This document shows, in pieces, positions 1 to 15,545 of a stretch of DNA of 64,000 bases. The stretch lies in NCBI RefSeq assembly GCF_009914755.1, contig NC_060936.1; one strand, written 5' to 3'. The translations under genes were made by a program, and so were the position numbers. Source of the stretch: the human T2T-CHM13v2.0 reference genome, Homo sapiens. Positions within the stretch are counted from its first letter, which is position 1, and each line of letters begins with the position of its first letter. The notes under the pieces were generated by a model. It had not been told where the DNA came from. It did not search any database and saw only the letters and a list, made by a program, of their open reading frames with translations.

Positions 1-1735
1 AACGATATATGACTGGAAGCAGGACCTGAGCTCCAGGAAACAAGGCTGGTACTAGAAAGCCACAGGCAATCCCCCAGTGGAATGGATCATGTAAAAGCCA
101 GCAAAGTAGAAGGTGCTAGATAAGTGCTATGCCCCCATGGGGCATTCCGGGGCCGAGACCCATCAGTAGTCCTGAACACTTGCTGCTTCAGCACCTGGGA
201 CCCATAGAGATAGTGAGACTATTTCCAAACACCCGATGAAAGAAGAAAAGAGAGCCAAGCAACTCCGACAAGCTTCTCATTGTGTTCTGTTAAAGTTCCT
301 CTGGCTTACAAGGATGAATGGTCCAATTAACCGAGCTCAATTAAAGGCGGAGACTATTTTTAAAATTCCCAGAAGAGACGTATGGTGAGATCACGGCAGA
401 CAGGAGGCAGGACCAGATGCAGCTGTGGACAGAGCAGCGAGGGGGGGCTCACATTGTGAATTTTAGCTCCAGATTGATTGCAAGAACAAATCAGCAATCC
501 CAAGAGGACCCACAGACCCTCTTAAGGACCCAGGAGACCCCCCACAAAACTGTGAATGCCCCAACAGTGGAAGTGGGAAAGGGAGACCCTCCTCTCCCAA
601 ACACGTCCCCCACAACTGGAGAAGCTGAAGGTCTGTTTGTGGGAGAAGTTTCTGACTTTACCTGGAGCTGAGTCAATTTGGAGAGCCAAGTGAAATACTG
701 GGGTAGAGGAAGCAGCAGAAAGGCCCTGGGAGCTCGCGGGCTCCCCTGGCAGGCCGTTCCTGCCTGGAACCACAGGGATCCAATGGGAGAGAAGCAGGGG
801 ATAAAACTACACAGAGAGAAGGAAATCTCTAGCTGAACTTTGTAACAGTTTGAACGGGGTGAGAAGCCTCCTGGCCAGAACTCGGGGGAGGGTGCAAATC
901 TGATGTGCAGACTCCACAGGCTAGGGAAGAACCAAGCCCTTTTCTTATGCAGCTGGGAGGCAGACAGCCTCATATCGCTTACGGTCTGGGGGTTGTTGAG
1001 GGGGGCATGGTGGGAGTGAGACCAGCCCTTCGGTTTGTGTGGGAGCTGGGTGAGGCCTGTGACTGCCGGCTTTCCCCGGCTTCCCTGACAACCTGCATGA
1101 CTCAGCAGAGGCAGCCGTAATCCTCCTACATACACAATTCCAGTGACCTAGGAATCTCACTCCCAGCCCCCACAGCAGCCACAGCAAGACCCGCCCAAGG
1201 AGGGTCTGAGCTCAGATATGCCCAGCCCTACCCCCACCTGATGGTCCTTCCCTACCCATCCTGGTAGCAAAAGACAAAGGGCATATACTCTTGGGAGTTC
1301 TAGGGCCCTGCCCACCATCGGTCCCTCCCTATACTAGCACAGATGAAGCTCTCTGGAAAGCACCACCTCCTGGTAGGAGGCCAACCAGCACAAAAATAGA
1401 GCATTAAACCACCAAAGCTAAGAACCCTCATGGAGTCCATTGCACACCCCAGCCACCTCCACTGGAACAGACACTAGTATCCATGGCTGAGAGACCCATA
1501 GACGGTTCATATCACAGGACTCTGTAGACAACCCCTGGTACTAGCCCAGAGCCCAGTAGATTCAATGGGTGGCTAGATCCAGAAGAGAGACAATAATCAC
1601 TGCAGTTTGGCTCACAGGAAGCCACATCCATAGGAAATGGGGGAGAGTACTTCATCAAGGGAACACACCGTGGGACAAAAGAATCTGAACAACAGCCTTC
1701 AGCCCTAGACCTTCCCTCTGACAGCACCTACCCAA

Positions 1736-2715
1736 ATGAGAAGGAACCAGAAAACCGACCCTGATAATATGACAAAACAAGGCTCTTCAATACCCCCCCA
1801 AAAAAATCACACTAGTTCACCAGCAATGGATCCAAACCAAGAAGAAATCCCTGATTTACCTGGAGAAGAATTCAGGAGGTTAGTTATTAAACTAATCAGG
1901 GAGGGACCAGAGAAAGGCAAAGCCCAATGCAAGGAAATCCAAAATATGATACAAGAAGTGAAGGGAGAAATATTCAAGGAAATAGCTTAAGAAAAAGCAA
2001 TCAAAACTTCAGGAAACTTTGGATACATGTTTAGAAATGTGAAATGCCTTGGAAGTTCTCAGCAATATAATTGAACAAGTAGAAGAAGAAATTCAGAGCT
2101 CAAAGACAAGGTCTTCGAATTAATCCAATCCAACAAAGACAAAGAAAAAAGAATAAGAAAATATGAACAAAGCCTCCAAGAAGTCTAGGATTATGTTAAA
2201 TGACCAAACCTAAGAATAATCAGTGTTCCTGAGGAAGAAGAGGATTCTAAAAGCTTGGAAAACATATTTGGGGGAATAATCGAGGAAAACTTGCCTGTCC
2301 TTGCTAGAGATCTAGACATCCAAACACAAGAAGCACAAAGAACACCGGGAAATTCATCACAAAAAGATCTTTGCCTAGGCACGTTGTCATCAGGTTATCC
2401 AAAGTTAAGGCGAAGAAAAGAATCTTAGGAGCTGTGAGACACAGAAGCACCAGGTAACCTTTAAGGAAAAACCTATCAAATTAATAGCAGATTTCTCAGC
2501 AGAAACCCTACAAGCTAGAAGGGATTGGGGCCTTATCTTCAGCCTCCTCAAACAAAACAATTATCAGTGAAGAATATTGTATCCAGCAAAACTAAGTATC
2601 ATATATGAAGAAAAAAAAGTCTTTTTCAGACAAACAAATGCTGAGAGAATTCACAATTACCAAGCCATCACTACAAGAACTGCTAAAAGCGGCTCTAAAT
2701 CTTGAAACAAATCCT
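1736..2715 (+). pseudogene. Disrupted L1 ORF1p coding sequence
   Basis: Opens MRRNQKTDPDNMTKQGSS...EFRRLVIKLIRE. Frameshift and stop at ~1990, further stops downstream. Confidence 0.85.
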
Positions 2716-2745
2716 CAAACAAATCAGTAAGAAAAATAAAAAATA

Positions 2746-3037
2746 GGCCAGGCGCAGTGGCTCACGCCTGTAATCCCAGCACTTTGGGAGGCCGAGGTGG
2801 GTGGATCATGAGGTCAGGAGATCAAGACCATTCTGGCTAACATGGTGAAACCCCGTCTCCACTAAAAATATGAAAAATTAGCCGGGCGTGGTGGCGGGCG
2901 CCTGTGGTCCCAGCTATTCAGGAGGCTGAGGCAGGAGAATGGCGTGAACCCAGGAGGCGGAGCTTACAGTGAGCCGAGATCGCGCCACTGCACTCCAGCC
3001 TGGGTGACAGAGCGAGACTCCATCTCAAAAAAAAAAA
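2746..3037 (+). mobile_element. AluY nested in the L1PB
   Basis: Full dimer with AluY-type gaatggcgtgaacc...ggagctt and a poly(A) tail. Confidence 0.92.
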
Positions 3038-3531
3038 CTCCCAAACAAACAAACAAACAAAAAAACCCATCAAAAAGTGGGTTAAGGACATGAATAGATA
3101 ATTCTCAAAAGAAGATATACAAATGGCCAACAAACGTGAAAAAATGCTCAACATCACTAATGATCGGGGAAATGCAAATCAAAACCACAATGTGATACCG
3201 CCTTACTCCTGGGAGAATGGCCATAATCAAAAAAATCAAAAACAGTATATGTTGGCATGGATGTGGTGAACAGGGAACACTTCTACACTGCTGGTAGGAA
3301 TGTAAACTAGTACAGCCACTATGGAAAACAATGTGGAGATTCCTTAAAGAACTAAAAGTAGATCTACCATTTGATGCAGCAATCCCACACTGGGTATCTA
3401 CCCAGAACATAAGAAGTTATTATTCGAAAAAGATACTTGCACATGCATGTTTATAGCAGCACAATTCACAATAGCACAATGCTATGGTGAACCAACCCAA
3501 ATACCCATCAATCAACGAGTGGATAAACTGT

Positions 3532-4386
3532 GATATATATATATATATCACATATATATGATGGAATATATATATGATGGAATATAAAAAATATTATATA
3601 TTATATATTTTATATATAATATAATATAAAATATATAATATATATCACATATATGTTATATATTATAATATATAATATATGTCATATATAAATATATATT
3701 ATATATTATATATAATATATATCTATATATTATATATATAATATATATGTTATATTATATAATATATAATATATATCTATATATTATATATATTATATAT
3801 ATATTATATATTATATATATAATATATAGATATATATTATATAATATAAATATATATATTTATTATAATATAAATATATATTTATAATAAATATATATAT
3901 TTATTATAATATATATATATATTTATAATAAATATATATATTTATTATAAATATAAATATATATTATAATAAATATATATATTTATTATAATATAAATAT
4001 ATATTATAATAAATATATATAAATATTTATAATACACATATATTTATATATTTATATATATTTATATACATATTTATATATTTATATATATTTATATATT
4101 TATATATATTTATATATTTATATATATTTATATATTTATATATATTTATATATTTATATATATTTATATATATTTTTATATATAAATTTAAATATATATA
4201 AATAAATATAAAATTATATATAAATATATATAAATAAATATATATAAATTTAAATATATATTTATATATACTTACATATAAATATATATAAATATATAAT
4301 TTATATATAAATATAAATATATAATTTATATATAAATATAAATATATAATTTATATATAAATATAAATATAAATATAAATATATAA

Positions 4387-4449
<63 letters not shown>

Positions 4450-4450
4450 A
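3532..4450. repeat. ~900-bp AT-rich (TA)n-derived low-complexity expansion ending in (TG)~21
   Basis: Nearly pure A/T from 3532 to 4393, with (TG)n at 4394-4436, all inside the L1 3' region. Confidence 0.97.
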
Positions 4451-7093
4451 TGAAATACTAAACAGCCATAAAAAGGAATGAATTTATGGCATTTGCAGTG
4501 ACCTGGATGGGACTAGAGACTATTATTCTAAGTGAAGTAACTCGGGAATGGAAAACCAAACATCGTATGTTCTCACCGATATGCGGGAGCTAAGCTGTGA
4601 GGATACAAAGGCATAAAAATGACACAACAGACTTTGGGGACTTGGGGGGAAGAGTGTGAGAGGGGCGAGGGATAAAAGACTACAAATATGGTGCAGTGTA
4701 TACTGCTTGGATAATGGGTGCACCAAAATCTCACAAATCACCACTAAGGAACTTGCTCACATAACCAAATACCACCTGTACCACCAATAACCTATGGAAA
4801 ATTAAAAAAACAAAATTCCCAGAATAATTCAAAGACAGAAAACTCAGAATAGAACTAAGATTCTTAGGGAAACAAAACTAAGCAGCTGCAAGAAAGAAAG
4901 GCAGCACCCTTCCATGAAGGCTACATGCCTTCCTCCTGGCTGCCCTGCTTCTCTTAGCATTTGCTCCACCTCCACCCTCTGCTCAGGGGCTTCTTGTGCT
5001 TGTTCATAATGGAGGCTGAGTGTAGTTAGCAGTTCTGTCCCCAGCCTCTCCTTTTCTATCATCTTCACACCACTTGCCTCACCCTCAAGTTTTACATTTC
5101 TGACCGCAGCACCTGACTAGCTCACCTCATCTTCTGGAATCAACTCTCACAGGTCCTTGAACTCCAACTCCTCTGGATCCTTCAGGTCCCAAAGCAGACA
5201 CCACTCATTGTGACAAGCCTTCCATATCATCCCTCCCCAGGCCAGGTGGGTGTCCCATTGCACTGGGGCTTGGCACACTGCCCTGTAACTGTCCATGAAT
5301 GTGCCCATCCTCCTCACTAAAACAGAAGCTCCTCAGGAGCAGTGACTATGTCTGTCTATAATTATTTCCCTAGCACTCAGGTCTTAAAATAAATGGATTC
5401 TATGGGTTTTAAGAAATCAGCCTGATAATAAAATAATGCCTTAGAATCTGGAAATACTTGAATTTATACTTTCATTTCGGCCTGGGGCAACCATATACTT
5501 TTCTACAACCCAATAAAAGATATCTGCTAGACTTGCAGTTGTCCAGGCATATAGTTGAGGGGCAAAGATGGAAGATTCTGCCTTTTTGTAGCCCTCTTCA
5601 GCACCCAGTGCTACAGGCATTCCCTTCACTCAGAAACATCCTCCTGAAGCTATGCCAGCTTATTTTTTCTTATTTTGCATTAAACTACAATGAACATAGT
5701 TAAAATGAGAATTTTTGTTACCATGGATAAAGTATAAAGTGAATCTGAAATGTCATTGTCTTTCTGACCTTTTACATGTGCCATTAATATAGTAATCTTA
5801 TTAATAGAGAGCTTCATCAGAGCAGGGAAAATGGAGTTCAACGTCTGAGAATGTTAGCAACTTCTTACCCATATATCTGCAAAAAAGGAAATACAGTTTC
5901 TGCAAAATAAATACTGGGTTCATTTTTTTGCCTAAGGTATCTTTCTCGCTATAAAGGATTTAACATGTTTATTTCAAACCAATATACTTTCTCTCATTGA
6001 GCACAGGTTCAACATTCATTGAGGAGGCATGAACTGACTGCTGACCACGCATCAGGCTCAGGTCTCCAGGTCTCTATACAAGAATCCTGTTGGTCTATTA
6101 ATGAACCGCATACAATATTAAAAATACTACTAGCATGTAGAACATTCGCTAGTTTACAAAGCATTTGTGTATACGGATTATTTGACAGCAAATCCTCTAT
6201 GAAGTGGGCATTACGCTCATTCTTGCATCAAAGAAAATTGCCTAAAAGAGGCTGTAATTCATTCAATTCCCACTGCAAGCATATAGCAGAGTTTGCACAC
6301 ATATGACAGAGTTTTCTGGCTCCAAATACACTTGTCCATGGCATCATATGGTCTCCCATTAGCATTTCTTTATCAATGTGGAGAGGTGAAAGGAAATAAG
6401 GTGGGTGAAATGCTGGTGTCTCATGGAGAAGCACCCGCCTGAGACCCTGACTCACTCCTTCATCAGTGCAGCCCAGAAGAACTGGAGCTTTCATGTAGTC
6501 CTAGCAGGGTTGACATAAACTAAAAATCCATATATAATCTCCTCTAACGACACATCAAACTGATTGCACTGCTGAAAATGTTTGTTAGAGCATCAAGAAG
6601 TAGAATCCTTAAATAAAAGCTCAGGCTTGGCATTTTTTTCAGTGTGAAAAGCAATATTGGCCTTTATGTTTCAATGTTAGCAGAAAATAAAAGAAGTGTT
6701 CCTTTAACTTTCATCAGCTTCTCTGGGATTTAAGATTGTAATGGAAATACAATATGTAGATTTAAAGGATGAGATAGTTTTCTTCAACAAATAAAATATC
6801 AGTAAGTGATCCAGATCTGCATTTTTCAGCAACCCATCCCTAGTCCCCAGGTAAAATTGCTACTGCCACAAGCTCTCTCATGTGACTCCCTCTTCTCTCC
6901 CTTTTCTTGTGACAAATTAAATAAATTATGACGACGTAGTTTCGTTCTGGTTTGGAAAACTACGCTCATTGACCTTGATAATCTCTTTCATCCCCAAAAA
7001 GCTATTTTTCTATGAATATATTATAATACAAAGACATAACAGGGGCAGCATCCCCGGCAGAGAACTCTTCAGCTACCGGGGACACAGTTTTTG

Positions 7094-7605
<512 letters not shown>

Positions 7606-8958
7606 CCAAAAAACATGTTTTAAGAGCCCCTATAAACATGTTTCGAAGGCTTTGTTAGTTGCTCAGTCAAGAACAGAGCAGTTCATTTTGCACAGCTCTC
7701 TTTAAACACACAATATATTATTTTACAAAAGAAACATTTTAATTCAATGTTCGGAGGTTATTATGAGATAGCCCCATGTTAGGGGCTATAACGGATGCAA
7801 CATAGAGTCCTAGGCTGTAACAATGAAGATCTAAGGTTTTGTGTCTCTTTAAAACCATCAACCGAAATGGAAAGATGAGAAAGAAGCTTCTTTAGAACGT
7901 GGAAGATGTTGCGTTCTAGTTTCATCTTGCTATTTCCTATCTTGATCTTTTCCTACAAAGTAATACAAGCCTTTGCCTGTATTTCTTAACAGCAGAAACA
8001 GACCTACCACTCAAGCAAATCTATTCTAGTTGTTTATCCAGGACCAAATCTCATGAAAAAATATGATGCTAAGAGAGAGCCTTCATATCCTTTCACTGAA
8101 AATCCTATGTTATCTCCTTTCTGGATTTGAAAGACAACCAATTTGAATGTGATAAAGGCAATACTTCTTCCATCAAGTGTAGGCTGCTTTATGTCCTATC
8201 CCCTTCAAACTGGTAAGACAAAACCAATTTCTAGGCAGCAGAGCATGGCTATGGTCGTGGAAATGACATTTAAGGCTCCAGTCCTATGCAGAAGCCATAC
8301 TTGGGCTTTTGTTTTTATCCTTAATCCCAGATTTACAAGAGTGGAGGTCAAAGGATCACATTTCTGAAGATACTTACAGAAACAGAAGAGCAAATCTGGA
8401 AGCAAATGACACTTTTCTGACAGGACAGGTTACACATAAAATCTATTCCATCACTTTTCAAATGCAAGTCCATAAAAAACATGGAAGCAGAAACTCTGGG
8501 CATCTGGACTTCAGAACTCATACTTTAACATGATTCCCTAGTGTTTTTGAGGCACATTCAGGTTTGACAACCTAGCTGAGATAAATTCTTAAGGCCCCTC
8601 CATGGCTCTACTCACAGAACAACTTTGAGTGGGAATTTACAAGAAGTATCATAAGCACCTATGGTCTTGGGTCTTGAAGAATATTTTCTTTTCTTTTCTT
8701 TTCTTTTTTTCAGATGAGAATCAAATTCTAAATTGGCGCAATTCTAAGTCAGAGTGCAATAAAATCTTCCCACCACTCAGAATCAGCTGAGCAAAACACA
8801 ACACAGCAGATTGGAAGAGGCCATTCAAACCAGAGGCAGACAGAGGCTGCAGAGAGTGCTGCATCTACGGCACACACCACTCATGTCTCACCAGCCACTC
8901 ATCCTTCTAGCTCCTTCTGGCGTGGGGTCAAGCCAGGAGCACAGTGCTTGTTCTAGTC

Positions 8959-9271
8959 CAGTGCCATCCAATAGAAAGAGAATGAAAGCATATATAATTT
9001 TCAATTTTCTATTAGCTACATTAAAAAGAATAAAATGAAACATGATGAATTAGTTTCGGAAATATATTTTGTTTCAATGAATATACCCAAAATATTATCA
9101 TTTCAGTAGATAATCAATGTAAAAATTATGAATGGGATTTTTTACATTTTTTTCTTACTAAGTCTTCTAAATGCGGTGTGCCTTTACACTTCCAGCACAT
9201 GGCCATTGGAACTAGCATTTGATGTGCTAAGTAGCCATATGGGGCCCGCAGCTCCTCTGGTGGACTGCAAG
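8959..9271. mobile_element. MER33 (hAT-Charlie)
   Basis: cagtgccatccaatagaaa...aatatacccaaaatattatcatttca...gtgctaagtagccatatg resembles MER33. Confidence 0.8.
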
Positions 9272-10354
9272 GATCTGGACAATCACCTGTCTTCAGGCCC
9301 ATCCATCCTCCACCTCTGCCCACATTCACTTGTCCTTGGTTTTATCTTTTTCATTCTAGATTCCCACTCCAACCCCACCACTCTCCCCTTGGCTGCAGCC
9401 CCCCTCCACTCTCAAAATTCCCAACTACTATCCTGACTTGTTATTGTTGTCCATCAGTTTTACTGTGTGGCCTCTATGTCTACTCACCCTCTTTTACCTC
9501 TTGTGAAAACTTCTGACTCTTGTTCCTATAGAAATTCCACGTGGGATAGGACAGATGGAGGGATTTAGATCTATGAGGGCAAAATTTTCTTAGTTGTTAA
9601 AAAATGAGCAATTTAATAAAATCTAAATTTAGAGCAACTACAAAGAAGATAATAGAGCATTCTTTGTGACTAACATAAATACAGTCATTCAGATTTCAAG
9701 CTATGAGAAACTAAAGGAGAGAGGAGGTAAGTAAGAGAGCCAAGCTGACAAAACAGGACTGCGGACAGGTGGGTCCAGGAAGAGAGGGTTCCTGTAGTCA
9801 CCCCTGGCTTACGCCCTCACCACCCTTCTAGAGAAGAAAATGGAAATTAATATCAGAATCACACTGTGTTGTATTTTTATTTTGTCATATATGTAATTGT
9901 GCAAGTTAACCAGATATTTCACAGTATAAATTCCATCATTCCCAAGGAAACATTTTGCTGTTTTTATAAAGTTACAAGTAGACAGACCCTTGCAGATGGT
10001 TTTGAAGACAGAAAATTGGACAAGGCATGGGGAATGAGGTGGGACAGTGTGCAATTAATAATTACAGTCAACTTTCTGGTGCCCAGAGTGGAATATCAGG
10101 TGTGTTACAACCTTCTCAGAAGGGTGGCTTGACAAGGCTTAACGTTTTCTAAGGATGCTAACTATCACCAAGGTCACCAGTTATTTATTCAACAATGTTC
10201 TAAGGATTTATTTTTGTATCAGGCTCTGAGCCAAAGCCTAGTAAGATCATAAGATAATTTTAAGGGCCATCAGGTAGTTGTTATCCATAGGGCTATAAAC
10301 AAAACTATTCAGTACCTCAATCTGCATTTAGAGCATCTTCTTACTTAACTTTCT

Positions 10355-10670
10355 CTTTTTTTCTTTTCTTTTCTTTTTTTTTTTTTCTTTGAGGAGTCTC
10401 GGTCTGTTGCCCAGGCTGAAGTGCAGTGGCACGATCTCAGCTCACTGCAACCTCTGCCTCCCAAGGTTCAAGCCATTCTCCTGCCTCAGCCTCCCGAGTA
10501 GCTGGGATTATAGACGTGCACCATGATGCCTGGCTAATGTTTGTATTTTTAGTAGAGATGGGGTTTCACCATGTTAGCCAGGCTGGTCTCAAACTCCTGA
10601 CCTCAAGTGATCTGCCCGCCTAAGCCTCCCAAAGTGCCGGGATTACAGGTGTGAGCCACCTTGCCCAGCC
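10355..10670 (-). mobile_element. AluS
   Basis: Antisense dimer, TSD-like tacttaactttct / tacctaactttct. Confidence 0.93.
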
Positions 10671-11319
10671 CCTACCTAACTTTCTGATTTTGACTTCTGT
10701 GAACTGTCACCTCTCTTCCTGAGGTGAGACACCCGGGCCTCAGGTCATCCCAGCCACCTACCCTAGACCTACCCTCTCCAGGGGTTCTCACACTGCAAAA
10801 TCAACAGGTTCCCTCTCTCAGTGGCAAAGTCAAAGCATTCATCCTTTCAGTGACCAGATCATGGTGAAATGTTAAGAAACAATGGTCTTATTCAGGAATT
10901 CACATGACGGTATAAATAACTAAGTGTACAGACTAGAAGCAGAAAGCAGTCAGTGTAAGTTTTCTAGCAGGGAAACCTTTCTAAAGAAGCAGCATGATCT
11001 GAGCTTTCACAAACAGGTGGGACGTAGACCTACTAACCGATGTTGTAGGTAAATGGAATGGATGGAGATCTGCAAGGGCCCAGGATTCCGAGGCGTTCAG
11101 TTCTGGTGGTTCATGAAACAGGCTTGAGGACTCTTGTTGATATGTGAATAGAGGGGGAGAAAAAGATATTATCTAAAAAGCTAGACCTGGAATTTCCCTC
11201 AGAAAGAAAACGATCTTCTTCAACATTTCTTGTTGTTGTTTCAAAAGAAAACACCACTGTAGGCTGTATCAGACACAAAACTATGTATTCATCCAGTGTG
11301 TTTGATTTTCTTCTGAGGC

Positions 11320-12015
11320 ACACGGGGGGCTACGCTTTCCAGCCCCTTTGCATTTGGAGGGGGCACATGACTACTTCTGGCCTCCAGGTCTGAGCAGAGG
11401 TGATGTGGGTCCCTTGAGGCTGAAACATTTATAAGCTGCGTAGTGGAATGAATACTTCATGATATTAAAGAATGGTTGGAAATTTTTTTGTAGCTACCAT
11501 GAGAATACTGTGGCTGTATATTTTAAAAGACAGCCATATCATTTAGAGATATAGTATGCTGAAATAATGATGACTGAACTGGCACTATAGTTGGGACTAG
11601 TTTCCAAACAGTTGGTGGTGGGTCAGGGAAAACAAGAGGGACTATTAGTGGGTGGGGCTATTGATGGAATAAGATTAAGCATAGTTGATAAATGCTGAAA
11701 CTGAGTGATAGGGACAAACATGGAGTTCATTATACTGTTCTCTCCGCTTTTGTAATATGTATTTGTAAGTTTCAATATAAGAAGTTAGGGCCCCACTAAC
11801 TTTCTCTCCCTCTGCTACACTGACTTAGCCATTCCAGATGGCAGGACTATAAAATGCAAGCAGCTCAGAACACAGAGTCACCAGCTGGAAGGCAGCATCC
11901 CTAGAAAGTTACTGGGCCCACAGCCCTCCTCCTGTGAACAAAAAATTAAACCTTTTCATGTTCAGTCATTTTAATTTCAGAGCTTGCTATTACCTTAGCA
12001 TACCCTCATCTCACC
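11320..12015 (+). mobile_element. Old MLT1 LTR interrupted by an L1M 3' fragment (~11440-11790)
   Basis: MLT1 motifs gggcacatgactacttctggcc and aaattaaacctttt. The inserted L1ME-like part reads gttcattatactgttctctc. Confidence 0.55.
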
Positions 12016-13065
12016 TAGGTGAGGCATAGGTGTGTGAGATTTTAGAGATAATTTAGTCTTGGGTGGCCTATATAGTCTAGGGCTATGTAAGAAATTATTA
12101 GGAATTTGGACAAAGGAGGAACAGAAAATGAAGAACAAAAAAGGAGAGAGGTAGGGCTAAGCAAATAACTGAAGCAAAAAACTTGCCCAAAAAAAAAAAA
12201 AATTAGCCATTGAGAATTCCCCAGTGGAAGAGATGCTGGAAGATTTTGTGCAAGATGATTAATGTAAGTTACCTGTGGCATGGTTCTGTGATGTAACTCT
12301 GCTTTTTGTCTCCAGATTTCTGTAAAGTCCCTTGTACACAAATGCCTTTTATGAGTGGTACTATAGGGGATATGAATGTGAAAGGTCTATGCCCTCTGGT
12401 AACTTGGTTGGCACAAAAAAAGGAAAGAAGAGTGGCCATGGGCAGTGTAACAGGGACCAGATGTAGAGTTTAGCAGGAAAGGGAAAATGCAATGGGAGAT
12501 GTCCCATGAGAATGTAAGGTTCTAGGGAAGCATATAAATCCTGAGGAGGGCAATGAACACTCAAGAACGTGGGAAAGAATTTAAGCCAGTTTTCTTTAAA
12601 TCTCAAAGAGGAAGACCCAAGATGATATTGGGGTTCCATAACTGCATGCATTTCAAGCCTATCACTGCACTGTGTGGGTCATTCTCATGACAGAGCAGAG
12701 TTACCGCCTCTATACCAGGGTGCATAAAAGCACATGCAGTTGAAAATGTCTTAACGACAAAAAGCAAAACAAGGATATATCCAGAGGTGGTAGTGCAAAG
12801 TGGCCTTCAGAAACAAAAAGGCAAAGGTAGTGTAATGTTCATAGAAGCAGCAGGCCTATGACAGCAGAGTCAATCATGCATTCATCCATCAAACAGTAAA
12901 CAATTATCATGGCTCTGTCCTGTGCTCAGCACTGTAAAACCTGCCAAAGATACAAAGAAAGATAAGATATGGTTTCTGCCCTTGAGAAATTCACATTTAA
13001 ATGGGAAGGAAAAATTGGGGAATAGTCTATAACAATAAAGTGTAATGAGATGGAATAAATATCTT

Positions 13066-13380
<315 letters not shown>

Positions 13381-14289
13381 TTATTTATATATACTTATAT
13401 ATCTGGCAATGGCCAGATCCCTTACACTTCGTGGATCCTAACGGGTGTAGGAAACCACTGACCTTGTAAATATCAAGCCAGCTAGAAATATCATTTGAAA
13501 ATGACATGGAGGACCTGAGGAGAGTAAACTGTGAGGACAGAGACAAATTAGGAAGCTATTTCAGGAACACAGGCCAGAAACCGTGAGGGCCTTCAGGAAG
13601 ATGGTGGCAGTGGGGATGGAGATAGCTGCATGAATTCCGGCGAATAATAAGAGCAGTCACAGCACGAGGGGACTACTTGGATGAGAGGAATGAAAGAAAG
13701 GAAGCAGTCATCAGCAATCATGACTGACAGGTTGTGTGTCATGGACAACTAAATGGACAATTGGGCCTTGGGGAACTTGCTTATCAAAAGAAAGTTGTGT
13801 GATAAAGATACAATGTCTCCTTTGTTCTTTAGTTTCTAATTATATTGTTCTTCTCAAGTGGAAAGTAGAAGCATTTACTATTCAACTTCATGCCACTAAA
13901 TGGATCTACACAATCTCAATGAATTACAGGTTGGAAAAGTTATTGGTCAGTCACAAAGAACTGACTGACAGCTAATACATCTGAATGTCTGGGTTAAAAA
14001 GGAAAGTTAAAAGATTAAGGGCCTTCTCACCAGTGTATCCTGAATAATGATGACCTCCAATTCCATCATTGGAATAATGATGATCCAACTCTGTAAGGAA
14101 TCTACCTTACATCTTGATATACCCAATGGTCAAGAATAAAAGGTCAAATTCTAAATGGCTTCCAAATTGCTGTTAACATCAACTGTATCAAAGCACAATG
14201 TTTTAAATATTAAAAACATAATCTTCATACAAATACACAGCACAAACTAAAGTTTTGTATAACTCGTAAATGTGAGAAAAAGATACTTG

Positions 14290-15545
<1,256 letters not shown>

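Larger units (their letters stand above)
375..4811 (+). mobile_element. L1PB-type LINE-1: complete 5'UTR, degenerate ORF1, large internal ORF2 deletion, 3' end
   Basis: 13-bp TSD aaaattcccagaa at 362-374 and 4812-4824. ORF1 starts MRRNQKT at 1736. ORF2 C-terminal sequence resumes at ~2716. L1PB-like 3'UTR (ggtgcagtgtatactgc...caccaaaatctcacaaatcaccact). Confidence 0.92.

Noticed and set aside
491-1135. 214-aa minus-strand ORF, the longest in the track
   Set aside because: It lies antisense within the GC-rich L1PB 5'UTR and has no recognisable protein features. It does not resemble L1PA ORF0.
12770-12800. CTCF-like ccagaggtggtagtg
   Set aside because: Spacing and key core positions deviate from the motif.
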